Assembly (NCBI RefSeq): GCF_006345805.1
Contig: NC_042997.1
Location: forward strand, 147,374,001 to 147,438,000
Direction of reading: 5' to 3'
Length of the DNA stretch: 64,000 bases
Source of the DNA: Octopus sinensis
Lineage: Eukaryota
This document shows, in pieces, positions 1-15,779 of the stretch (its first letter is position 1; each line of letters opens with the position of its first letter). The notes beneath the pieces were generated by a model. It searched no databases and was not told the origin of the DNA. It was given only the letters and a program-made list of their open reading frames with translations. A program made the position numbers and the translations under genes.

Positions 1-467
1 TTATTATGTTAATTATTAATTTTATAATGTGATTTAACGTATTACATATAATTTAATTTGAGAAATAGTTTTGTAAGACATTATATTATTTAATAGTCAG
101 GTGGGCTATTTATTACGTAGTATAACATTTAAGTAAATAAGTTTAATATTAATTGATATTTTGGTCAACTATATAATTGAGTAAAATATTAAATCTGTAG
201 ATACTACATATGTATTAATAATATAATTAGTTTATATAATAGGTGTGTATATATTTGAACCATTTTTATTTCTAATTGATATATTTATAGCTTGTACTAG
301 CATTTTGTATATTACTTAACATGAAATAATTTAGTATACATTACTTAATGAGAATAAGATTATATTTAGGTGTTTATTAAATAAATAAATAAATAATAAT
401 ATAATATATATTTATATATATATCGATTAGATTATAGTATTTAGTTTTCACTTAATGTATATTTTGA

Positions 468-513
<46 letters not shown>

Positions 514-1012
514 TTAAATAATGTAATTAATTGAATTTTATTTTGAAGTAATGATATGTTATAGTTTATTCTTTTCTTATATATGGTAAAATTTATTTTA
601 TAGATATATTAAATATTTATAACTATTATTCTATTTTTTATTTACCCAAGAATATATTTGTTAAGATATTTCGTATTTTACAAGATTATATACGTATATT
701 TATTAGTTTATCTAATTAATTATTTTATTGTTTTTTATCTTTAACCTGAAGGGTGACTATATGTATATTGAATTGATTTTAATGTCATCATTTCTTAAAT
801 ATAGACACGATACACGTGTAGTTATTCTACCAAATATATACGTTTTAATTATAACGATTACTATTATTATTTTGCACATTACTTAATCATTGGTATATGT
901 TTTATCTTATATTTAATCTTTGTGTAAGATGTAATTTTTTTCTAAATGGTATAATTTAAATTTATAAGTACTGAATTGATAAAAGGTGTTTCTTTCTAAT
1001 ATACATATATAT

Positions 1013-1089
<77 letters not shown>

Positions 1090-1092
<3 letters not shown>

Positions 1093-1165
1093 TATATTTT
1101 GTGAAATTTGACTTAGTATTCCTAAATTGAATTTTTCCCTGTAACTTTGGAATAATATTCCCATA
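1090..1165 (+). repeat. Degenerate copy of the (TA)n-associated repeat at 27245-27470, at the end of a very AT-rich decayed region (1-1165)
   Basis: ATTTTTCCCTGTAACTTTGGA matches the reverse complement of 27245-27310 (ATTTTTCCCTGTAATTTTGGA); follows a (TA)n run. Confidence 0.4.
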
Positions 1166-1174
1166 TATATAAGG

Positions 1175-1207
<33 letters not shown>
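1175..1207. repeat. (TTA)n tract at the 3' end of the Dong-like element
   Basis: About 11 ATT units read directly. Confidence 0.95.
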
Positions 1208-4312
<3,105 letters not shown>

Positions 4313-4834
4313 AGAAGACCGAAGATGGCTGCTAAGTTTACGTAAGTGCTACGGGAGGACTGTAGTGTTTCGTGAGAACTCTCGGTTAGATAATGATACG
4401 AGTGATGTGTCCAATGCGGGTCTTGTGTAAGCATACATATGTGAAATAAAATGAGACAAGTAAACCAAGGTTGTGTGGAATTTATAGGGCATGTATAAAA
4501 AGAAAGGTGGTGTTAGAGATGTTTCTGGGATATTAGGGATATCCCTGCATTACAGAAATTCAACTAGAGGGAAATAGTATTGTTTTGTATGAGGAGTTAT
4601 TTTGGAAAAGGATGGATATTGGAAGTATAAAGGGATATAGTAAGTATAAAGAGAATAAAAATATACGTAGGATATTACTGTTGGAGTTCTATTATCCTAG
4701 GAATGTGCTGTGCAGAATGGGTAGCAATGCTCTTTGTCCATGGTATGTAGATACCGACAGATCATATATTATTAGAATGATATAGTGTTGAGACATAAAT
4801 TTCATGTGCTGTTCATTCAAAGACCCATTTGAAG

Positions 4835-4892
<58 letters not shown>

Positions 4893-4897
<5 letters not shown>

Positions 4898-5200
4898 AAA
4901 ACTTATATATAAAGAACGTGAAATTCACGAATTGACAAACACGGAAAAACGGACAGTAATTCAGAGCCTTCATTCTTCAGTCAGAAACCGATTCATTATG
5001 GCAAATTTCGGCTGTTTAATTCTGAGATTTGCTCCGAAAAGGCCAGCCCCAAGAAAAGCTAAGCTATGGGCATTAGATTTGCTTGGTAGAAGGAAAGAAT
5101 GTGACAACCGAGACGAATAGGAAAACAAAGACGAAGATAAACTTGGAAACAGTAACGTATAAAAACAGGAATGATACGGGGGCGTCTTACGACTTTGAGA
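4893..5200. repeat. (TA)n-adjacent interspersed repeat, homologous to 47363-47775 in opposite orientation; possibly a Penelope pLTR-derived family
   Basis: Shared CTTCAGTCAG.AACCG.TC..., GGCCAGCCCCAAG.AAA.CTAAGCTA and GCATTAGATTT blocks. Confidence 0.6.
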
Positions 5201-6032
5201 CAAAATGAGACAAAACATTGATCAGTAAGCGTGGGAAGCGGTTACCTTTTCGGTAGAGGAGACATGTGTTGTACAGGCGGCGGTCAGCAGTGGAATGGCT
5301 TAGCAGCAGCAGGTTGCAAGAAGGTGAGAGAGAAAGAGAGAGGGGGGATTGAGGAGGGCCGAGAAATGACCAAGAGAGAGAGAGAAAGAAAGAATTAAAG
5401 AGGGTGAGAGGAAGGGGCGCCAAAATAACTTGGTAAAGAGGCGCCAAAATACCTTGAGGAAGAAGCAATGGCGGATGATAAAGGGGAACATATATATATA
5501 TATACATATATACATACATACATATATACATATATACATACATAAATATATAAATATATATGTAAATAGAAATCAATATTATTAAATACAATAAATACAA
5601 AAATGTGTATATGTAATACATATAAAATGGTCTGACTTACACAGAATACAAATGATATATAGAATTAACGGCTTGATATATATATGTGTATGTGTGTGCG
5701 TGCGTGTGGTGCGTGTGGTGCGTGTGGTGCGTGTGCTGCGTGTGTGTGCGTGTGTATAAACGGTCACCTATTCATTAGTCCAAAAAAAGTGGCACACTAA
5801 AATATTTTGGGGCGGTAATATTTAGTGTAGTCGTTGATTATGGTCAGTCCGATTATTATCAGTGGTTTCAGGTCTATTGTTTCTCTGAGCAATATAGATG
5901 ACTTATAAAACTTGCTTGTTGGAGCCACAGAACCTCTTTACAAGTGGCAGTAAAACACACACTTAGTCATCCAGGGTAGTGAAAAAAGAAAAAGAAATGA
6001 CTCTGAAACGAAATTCTTCGAAACAAAATTCA

Positions 6033-6390
6033 GTTTTGGCTGAGATGGATTTATCTCCCTTTGACCAGTTCCATTTGTGTCCGTACAATGTTACTTTATG
6101 CCCTATTTCCGTTCACGAGTTAGCAAGCGGAGAATTCCAGGTCTCCAGCACGAATTTTTTCTGATGTGGAACCCCAGCTAAAAATGTAACATTTGAAAAT
6201 TTGTGGTCAAGAGAATTTTCTTCAATTCCAGATGCAAAATGTTTAGCCAGTGCCCTCATGTGAGGACATTTACGTTGAAGACATGGAATTCCACGTCTGC
6301 TGACTAGTGGACGGAATTCTTACGCAAACTGACCGTTTCTGGACACGAATGAAACTAATCAATGGGAGATAACTCCATCTCACCCAGAAT
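6033..6390. mobile_element. MITE / fold-back element with about 130-bp imperfect inverted arms
   Basis: GAGATGGATTTATCTCCC...TTTGTGTCC and TTCCGTTCACGAGTTAGC...GAATTCCAGGTCTCC pair with the reverse complement of 6265-6390. Confidence 0.75.
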
Positions 6391-6599
6391 ATTTCTTTCC
6401 TACCCAGCATTTCGTTAATGTGTAATTTTCACAACCAAGATTGAGTAAAATATCTCCATTAGAAGGAAGGTAATGTGCCTCCAGCCTAGTGTGATGTCAC
6501 TATTGCTAAGTGCAATAATAGACGTAAAATCAATGGTAACATTCTTACTAACCATAAGCAACGGTGTGTGTGTAATTACGGTTGTTTCAGTCACGTTTA

Positions 6600-6841
6600 T
6601 CATACAACTATCTCACATATTTGTCTCCCAGTCCCCAGTTTTTTACAAGGAACATCATTCCATCTGTAACTGTAGTATGTTATCAAGCCTACACAGTTTT
6701 CGTTGTCACCACTATTGGAGGGGTTACCCTCACTCCAGAAATCAAAAGTTTTTGCTTCTCCATTCTGCCATACAAAGATATTCTTAGTAAGATCTTTGCC
6801 CAATCCAATATAGAAATGGCAATATGCATCCGACTCTGGAC
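6600..6841 (-). CDS. Exon 3 (last) of PAN/Apple + C-type lectin gene: CTLD C-terminal half
   Basis: Polypyrimidine tract + AG acceptor at 6842-6843; FYIGLG...FVWQNG...FWSEGNPSN...ENCV...WNDVPC...ICEIVV*; phase 1 matches exon 2. Confidence 0.92.
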
Positions 6842-9340
6842 CTGAAAACAAAGGCAAAAAGAAAAAAAAAACATATATTGATTAATAATAGGTTTGTTGG
6901 AACTTGGTTATAAATCGATGTATGTTTGACCATTATATTGTCTTGCTGCAATAGTAGTAGTAGTAGCTGCTGCAATTGTTTAGTCCCTGTTTAGTACTGA
7001 TAAGTCATGGAATTTTGCCTTATTTGTGTTGAGAGTATATGTTTGACTGTATTCTATTATTCGAGAAACGTCTCTCCTATGTTGAAAGGACACTCAGAGT
7101 AGATATTTTCACACACAGAGCCGTAGTTCACCGAGCATTTGCATACGATTCCCTGGTATGCGCCAAGTTTGCAGGTAGTCAGAAAATTACAAAATATTTT
7201 GAAGCGAGGCAAAATGCATTGGGATCACCATTCCCGTTTTAAAACGGACATGCGAACATTCGTACCTACCATTTCAAAATCTAACGGACGAACTTACTTA
7301 ACCTAATTCAGCGTGCTTTGAATTGGAAAAGTTTGAAAATCGGCATAATTGTCTAAAGCATATTTCTACGTTTCTAATACAAATATAAACTTAACAACTT
7401 GTTTCAATTAAAATAAAACTAGCAATCTTAACATTCATGTATACTGGTTTCAGCAATTGAACTACAGTTACACTGTCTTAGTCTTATAACTATTGCATAG
7501 AAAATACGGCTATTTGCAAATTAAAAATGAAATAAAGTCGGCTTAGGAATGCTGAAATCAGATTTCGCCGGATGAGTGTTATCTGATGAAATAAGTGTTC
7601 CGTCAGAGTCGATTTAATCGTCTTTTGCTCCCCAAATCTTTGTACTTTGAGTAAATAACAGAAATCAGTATATCTAGGAAGCCGGAATTTACTGGCTTAT
7701 CGAAATAGATAGAGCCATTATGTATACAAAATTTACATGGGTAAAAGAAGATTCATTTAATATCTTAGACCAATACGATTTTCTCATTGTTCATAAATGA
7801 GGTGATTATAATGAAAGAGCTAGCAAAAACAACTGTAGCAGCAATGGTAGCAGCAGTATTGGTTGTTGTAGTAGTAGTAGTTGGTTTTGTATAGCCTCGG
7901 GTTGTTCTAAACAAGAAGACGACTTCATATGAAAGGCACCTCATTCTTGACACCAGTCCTTTTGTACATAACTACGTGCACGAGGTCTTATATGTCGTTA
8001 TATTCTCGTGACGGTAGGTACGATTTAAAGATAATTTAACTGTGGTTTCTAGCCGGTCGAACAACACTGATGTTCCAAGAAGTATTGTATTAAACAATCT
8101 TATGGGATTACATACAAAAGAGCCAGAGAATGGAAAGTTAATTTGCTCATGATCTTTTACCAGATATATTACCTCAGAGAAATATAAGTATGAATGTTAG
8201 GATTCTTAAACCCCAAAGTTAACAACAAGCATTTACTGTTATAGTTTTATTTCTAATTGTTCTTTTTTCTTTCTTTTGATAGTTTTATAGAGTATTAAGC
8301 TAAGACATAAATTGTTAATGACTTTTTACATTCTGAATTTATATCCCGCCCAGGTCAACTACGCCTTATATTTCTTCCCTATCAATGTAATGGACTGCAA
8401 GATACCCGCATAAAATTTTAGGTTTTGTGCCCGTTAGAAATCATTACGAGGTCTTCGATGAATCATAACCTGCCGTATATATTAATATAAATTATATTCT
8501 TGTTATTAACGTAGTTGCTGAAATCTGTTAATCGATCTTTGTGGCTTGAGAACCTTTACCTGTTCCTCATATATGTAACTAATTATTTACAATGAAGAGT
8601 GTTGAACTAACTAATATGGTAGGTAAATTATTTATTTAGTCTCTTTGCATATGAATTCACTACTGAAGAGAATTAACTTTTCATATTATTTGAATTTGAA
8701 GAGATGCTTCTTATGACTTCGCTGATCAATTAAATCGACACTAAAGTTTTACTATTCTCATTGGCGCTATGTCGATTAAAACCAAAATCAAAATTCATAA
8801 AGGGATCCATTTCGTTGAGATTATGTTTATATTGTCAGTAATGTTCCTGCAATAAGGTAATTCAATGCTCTAAACCGTCATGACAACTGTCGTTATTAAT
8901 ATTGAAGAGGGTGTAGTCCAAAAGATGTTCCATAATACGAAAACATTGGTTGAAAAGAAATTACATTCTGTAAAATCTCCAACAATTTATAACAATACGA
9001 TTTATAACAAAATATTTCCATTGTCTCAACATTCTACTCGAATTTGAATATGTAACAAACAGAATAAAATCTGAAATAAATCATTACTGAAGTATTTTTG
9101 AACTGGCAAAGTTATTTTCTTTTGTAACTCATTGACAATAAATGACAATTCTTTAAAACACATATATGAAATTAAATGATTGCATTCGATATCTTATCAA
9201 AACTTGGTGTATTTTCTCATTGAAAAAATAATCAGAGTAGAAAGTACAAATATGAGAAAAATTAGAAGTAAAACGGAATGTAATTTGCAAAGTGGCATAA
9301 AATTTTAAATCAAAATATTAGCAGTGGCTGTGTTGTAAGT

Positions 9341-9717
9341 AGGCGTAGGAGTGGATGTGTAGTAACTTGCTTACCACCCACATGATTCCGAGTTCAGTCC
9401 CACCGCGTGGCACCTTGGGCAAGTGTCGACCGAAGCCTTGTGAGTAGACTTGGTAGACGGAAACTGAAAGAAGTCCGTCGTATATATGTATATATATGTA
9501 CGTGTGTGTGTATATGTTTGTGTGTCTGTGTTTGTCCCGCCAACATCGCTTGACAACCAATGCTGGTGTTTTTACGTCACCGTAACGTAGCGGTTCGGCA
9601 AAAGAGACCGATGGCATAAGTACTAGGCTTACAAAGAATGAGTCCTGGGATCGATTTGCTCGACTAAAGGCGATACTCTAGAATGGCCACAGTCAAATGA
9701 CTAAAACAAGTAAAAAA
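9341..9717 (+). mobile_element. tRNA-derived octopus-type SINE in intron 2 (antisense to the gene)
   Basis: Head GGCGTAGGAGTGG...GAGTTCAGTCCCAC (B-box-like), internal (TA/TG)n, 3' GAATGGCCACAGTCAAATGACTAAAAC; related copies at 25.5-26.15k, 57.1k and 62.9k. Confidence 0.85.
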
Positions 9718-9781
9718 TGGCAAAAGAGTAAACAGTTATAGTTTATATTAGATATGTATTTTGGTTACATTTGGATGTGTG

Positions 9782-9820
<39 letters not shown>

Positions 9821-9908
9821 AAGAGAGGGAGAAAGAGAGAGAGAGAGAAAGAGAGAGACAGTTTTTGTGTGTGAATGAGTGTGTATAAAATAGTAAAATA
9901 TCACTCAC

Positions 9909-10088
9909 TTGACGATACTATTGTTTTTAGATAGTTCATTACTTCTAAATTTCTAATGTGAATAAGTTGTCCTCGATCCTTATTGCAATTGTCTGCAGCT
10001 TCATTCCATGAAATTTTCGTTGAACCTATTTGATAACACAATCTCAATTCTGGTTGGTAAGTGTAGCCGGCAGACGTAGGACATTCAG
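9909..10088 (-). CDS. Exon 2 of PAN/Apple + C-type lectin gene: CTLD N-terminal half (not in the ORF track)
   Basis: Manually translated ECPTSAGYTYQPELRLCYQIGSTKISWNEAADNCNKDRGQLIHIRNLEVMNYLKTIVSS; TAG acceptor at 10089-10091, GTGAGT donor at 9903-9908; 180 nt, phase 1-1. Confidence 0.92.
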
Positions 10089-11559
10089 CTATAGGTGGGC
10101 AAGAGAAATATGTTTCTTCTGTTAGATCATGCGGTAAAGTAATAGCTTATTCTAATTTCAGGTGGCTTTTAACCATTAACTGACTTAGAAATATCGTCTC
10201 TTACCAAGTGCACCTCAGTTAAAAATGATTTGTATCCGTACACTGGCAAGTAGAATTTATAGACACTTCCATTCCAGTCTTGCTTTTGCATGCACAATAA
10301 ATCTCTTTCTAGAATTTACTTTTCTTCAGCACTCTCTCAATCTCTCGCCAACATAGTTAGCAGCTCTAAAAGTTCCTTTATTCATTAAAATGCAAGACAG
10401 TGTGACCAGACGATATTTCAGCCAGCAACATTAAAAATGCATGATTAAGAGCTGGTGCTAAACTCACCTATTTTGATAGTTTTCATCTCTTTATGAACGT
10501 GTATATTTATGAACAGGTTATTGCATCATTAAAGCTTAAAGAAGTAACCTTTCTAACTTTAATGGTTACATAAATGGCTATATACATTTTAACATATTTA
10601 TAGAAACACGGTTCTGTAACGTTAGATACATAGAAAAAGCGAAGAAACTTTTCTAAACAATTCACACACAAAACAACACAAAATGTGTACGATTAATTAC
10701 AAGTGTAAAATTAAAAGCTGCCTGAAAGGAAAGATTACCCAAGCTGTGAACAACTTTAAATTAATTGCGACTAAACTTATTGTCTATTTTGAAAAAAAAA
10801 CAAGTACAAATATCAGTGAATAAACAAAATTATCAAAGCTAAACGTACGTGCGTCTCCTTTGAGCAACTCTGACTACAATCATTGTATACAATGGAGCTA
10901 GGATCGTAACAAAGGCACATGAAGCTCTAGCTTGAAAGTCATAGTCCGTGCGGAGTTCTGCGAGGGGCTAATTGGGTCTGCGAGCCAAAACTAAAGGAAA
11001 GAGAGAGAGAGAGAGATAGAGAGAGAGGGAGAGAGAGATGGAGAGAGCATGACTATGATACGGCTATAATGACTATATGCCTCGGTGGTGTTCGATCAGA
11101 GGTTAAAAACGGATGAGAATTAATTCTGCAATGCATTCATTCTATTGCTCCAGTCCCAAGTTGAATTCCAATTGTCCCAATTGTGCCAATTTGTCCCAAA
11201 GTTCTTAGCTCGGTTAAAAATTAACGAAGCGAATGTCATTATCTCCCCCTTGATCTCTGACGTTATCTCCCTAACGCCAGCCAAGATGGCGTGAATCAGC
11301 CGCTTTATCCGCTAGAAATAGTAACCCAAATACTTTCAAATCAGATCCCAAAGCTGGCTGATAAAGAACCAAATGAAGGGCAAATTTTCAAACCTGGGAT
11401 CATCCTGATTCCAAAATGATATATGTCTATATAGAGTAAATATATACTGAGATACAGGGTTTCCTTGACAGACAGAGGTTTGAGTTTATTATTATAGAGT
11501 TCGATACTATGTAAAGATTAGCAAAATGTGTAATTAGATATATATCTGATACATCTAAT

Positions 11560-14500
11560 GGAAATGTCTGAATCAAAGCAGGCTGACACAACAAATCTAG
11601 CCACTGAGTATATACATCCCACTTCCAATATTAGACAAACAGAACGGTCAGCTAAATCGAGCAGTAAACAATACAACAACAAATAAGCTGAATACCATAC
11701 CTATACTATGCAAAATAGAAAACCAACAACATGTGAACACCTTACAAGTGATCTGGGATGATATGTTTTAACAAGTTCACAACCTTAATTTGACTGATGT
11801 ATATGTATATGTATATGTAAAGAACCCAGTAAATTAGAATTAGAGGCAGTAAACAAAATACGAAACAATTATCTGGAGACCATACAGTTCATAGGTATGA
11901 AAACAGCCTAAAAACCATTAACCTTTCAATATATATCTCAGCTATTATAGTACTAGCGTATCGCAAAGAGCTGAAGCCACGCAATCGAGATAGAAGCAAA
12001 AAGCCTGAACCAGAAAAAGTTCGCAACTTCAAAAATAAAATTTTATTCCCGCGAAGAAGTATCTCACAGATTGTAGTTGTTATGAAATGTAACACAGAGA
12101 ACAATTTCACACGACCTCAGGGAGACCTCAGAATAAAACTAGAGAGGCGGTTCGGTGATGCATGATTAAAAAACCTAAGCTTCAAACTGCACCATCTGAC
12201 AACACTTTATAGCCACAGATGAAAAACTAAAATACAAATTTATAACATATAATATAGATGGCAATTGCTCAATAAATTATTTGCCAGGGATCACAAGTTC
12301 GTTTATTGTAGCTTCAATGCGAAATCTTCAGTTTCTGTAAAAGTCATCCCCACGAAAGATCAGTTTCTGCGCTACTGGAGATCTGGATAGAAAACAAAGG
12401 ACGAATTCAATAAACAAGATGTATCGTTAAAAACTCGGAGCAGGACTTCTGCCAACATATCCAACAAAAGCAATATGAAAAGGACAGCGAAATACTGGAA
12501 ACAGTTCTACCGAAAATATCAAACAGGAAGCCCTCAGGGCCAGATCTCATAACAAATTACTGGCTAATGAATTTCACTTTTACCGGTTGTAATGGGGAAA
12601 GTATCAAGGACACACAAGAACTGTCCTAATGGTTATTAACTACAACTATTCTCCTCATCCTGCAAAATAATCAAACCACCCTTGCTAAAAATTACCGCCA
12701 CATAACCTGCCAGAATGACATACGCAAATTATAGACTGGGTGTGTCAGTCTATTTTTGCGGGATCATTGTGCCACCACCAACATAATAACATCTGAGTGA
12801 GCTGATAGGTGGGGGGGGGGAGGTGTAGGGCTGCTTAGAGCCGCTACTTATCAATAAAATCATTCAGAAAAAAAAAACAGGAGAAAATCGCTGGGAATTA
12901 ACTGTAGTGAAGCTGGACTTACAGAAGGCTTTAGGTAGTATATCACAGAGGTAGATTATCAAGGCTTTACATTTATACCGAGTCCCACAGTAACAAGCAA
13001 CTGTTTCTGAATGCTTGACCAAGATTTGGAACACTACTTTGCTCCTTAAGAGTAATGAAGAGCAAACTGAGTTTTGATATTATTCACTACCAAAAAGCAT
13101 CTTTCAGGGTGAAAACATATCAGTGGTGCTCTTTGACCTCTCATTAAACCCACTATCATACCTGTTCAGAAAACATAGAAGCTATAGAAACGGATCCAGA
13201 TCAAGCTATCATTCTTTATCAATGACCTGAAACTATATGGAATAAACATTAACCACATAAAAAAAAGGGAATTGAAACTCATTACCCAATTTTGTACAGA
13301 CAATGAATTAAAATTTGGTGAGTCTAAACGTGTATGTTTGACAATAAAACCTGGTACAGTTGTAACCTCCTCTGAAAATCTAAACAAAATGTCTTCACAA
13401 AACAACCTCTTCAGTCAGTTGACAATTACAGGTATGTTGGATAGAATGAGAATGTCAGATGTGATGGACTTATAACTAAAGAGAGGTGCAGGAGTGTATA
13501 CCTCAGGAGGTTAAACAGATTATGGTCATCAGAGCTCTGAACTCACAACAATTATATTGCCTACAACACTTTTGCATTATCTGTGCTCACGCCTAGGTTT
13601 GGCTATCTGAACTTGTCTCTATAAGAACTTAGTGAAATAGATGTGCAAACTCGCAAACTGCACTGTGTTAGAGGAAGCTTTAGCATTAGTGATGATGTAG
13701 ATAGGCTATACTTTCCACTTAAGGATGATAGTCGTGGTCTGAAACTTGTATTGATGTCATATGAAGCATGTATTGTGACACTGAAAGAAAACAACAACTG
13801 GAGCAGAGGAGAGAAACCAGTAACTATCTTGCTCAAGTTTGTCACCCGGGAAACAACCACATAATTAGGATAGCTAATGACTTGGAGGAGAGCAAATAAA
13901 GCTGATACAGATCTCACCTCAAGGTAAAAATCTGATTACCAAAAGAAAAAATGGACCAGTTCATTGAGAAGATAGCACATGGGAACATGGCACATTCCTC
14001 CTTCGAATGATGCCTCCATGCAATTCAAGAACAAGAGACCCGCACATCTTACAAATTACAAATCACTGACATAGAACGAATGTAGTTTGTTTAAGACCAA
14101 GACTGAAGACATCAATCACATTATTGCCAACTTTGTGAGAATGTCTTCCAGATATTGTCTTCTCATGAAGCATGTCGAGGTGGGCAGAACAGTATGGAAC
14201 AGGATAATAAAAGAGAAAATACCTACAGACGAAGTCGACTATATTGAGACCGATGGATCAAAAGAATATTGGTGGAACTTAAAAACCGAAACAGCCACCA
14301 ACCGGCCAGATATTGCTATGTGGGACCTCAAGGTTAAAGATATGCTCTCTTGCGGAAATCAGATGCCCCCTGGGTACAAATGTGATAAGAAAATACACTA
14401 AAAAGAAGACATCTATGGACCATTGATAAAGAGTATGCAAATCCAGTATCCAAGAAACACTTTCAACTTTATACCTATTATTACTGGAGCTACGAGATAG

Positions 14501-14640
14501 GAAGCAACTCGTCTGGAGAATAGTATGCGTGAACTTCTGTTCTTCGGGACTGAACGCGAATCCTTAATTCGTACACTACAAATGATCGCCATATCTAGGA
14601 CTATAAAAATCTGCAAGACCTTAAAAGCTGATCAACAAAA
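11560..14640 (+). mobile_element. Old, heavily decayed RLE-type non-LTR retrotransposon (R4/NeSL-like) in intron 1
   Basis: KNYRHITCQN; DLQKA; IFQGENIS..LF; FINDLKLY; DVDRLYFP.KDDSRGL; EDINHIIA; NRPDIAMWD; IPIITGA. Boundaries approximate. Confidence 0.75.
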
Positions 14641-14723
14641 CTAGATGCTTTCCTTTACAACTTCGCGACAAACCAGACATCAGGTCAAATTTTAATCTAA
14701 AGTAATAAATAGAACGAATGAAC

Positions 14724-14800
14724 ACATACACACACACGCACACACACGCACACACACGCACACACACGCACACACACACGCACACACACACACACACATA

Positions 14801-14840
<40 letters not shown>
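14724..14840. repeat. (CA)n/(CACG) microsatellite
   Basis: Read directly. Confidence 0.95.
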
Positions 14841-14842
<2 letters not shown>

Positions 14843-15289
14843 GAGCATTGATATAGTTTCTGTTTAACAAATCCATTCACACACAGTTGGTTGGCGTGAG
14901 ACATCAGTACAAGAATCACATTATATCAATAAAACTCCTAATGCACACAGCTATGCCAAAAGGGCTGCTCTCGAAAAACATGATGGAATCATGTAACTTT
15001 CTTTTTTAGTAGTGTTGTGTGGAGGTTGAACAGCCCTATTGGTTGGCTCTGAATGCATTGTGCCACAGTATAAATGGACATATGCAGAGAACCTTGAGAG
15101 CAGAGTAAACTCTATCTTTTTGGTTCACGTGTGATTTATTGGAATTTCAGCTTCGGCCCAGGTTGGTGTTAATTTTGAACTGTTGTTTGTAAAACTTGTT
15201 ACTTTGTGGAATTGTTTGACGAATTTTTAATGTAATTTAAACACATAGCTTGTTAAGCAAGCTTGTATTTTTTGTTGCTTCTCTACCTG

Positions 15290-15510
15290 CACGAGGAATG
15301 GAGGTGGAGAAAGCCAGGTGCAAAGAAAAGTGCAAGCTACGCACCAGTAGCCGGTCAAATGAATGTACCTATTGATAAACTGCGAAAATGTAAGAAGTTT
15401 ACCGAAAAGGTGGGAGGCAAAGTAAAGCTGACCCCTCCTGAAGATTTGTTAGCGGAAGTGGAAATGAAAACTGTTATTTACAGGACACTCAACACGAAAG
15501 GATGAAAAAT
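15290..15510 (+). mobile_element. Tx1/L1-like ORF1 5' fragment
   Basis: SYAPVAG...TPPEDLLAEVEMKTVIYRTLN resembles PPSEVTLTTQKRTVFY (17.8k, minus) and TPPVEVTNSTRRRTVLYRTL (18.8k). Confidence 0.55.
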
Positions 15511-15779
15511 GGAAGTAGCGAAAGAGGAGGATATTGGAAGAAATACTGCTCCAGTACCCCATGTAGTAATACAGACCTAAATGCAGACAAAGTAAACACA
15601 CAAACCCACAAAAACCCCCGAAAACACAAAGCCCACATTATGACATCGAACGCATAATTACCAAGATTAATTAGATAATCAGAGTGAAATTGCCGGCTGA
15701 GGCGAAACCGGAATACACCAAATGCATATTAATCAACAGAGAAAAATACAAAAATTAAAAGAAATATTTGGTTCAATCA

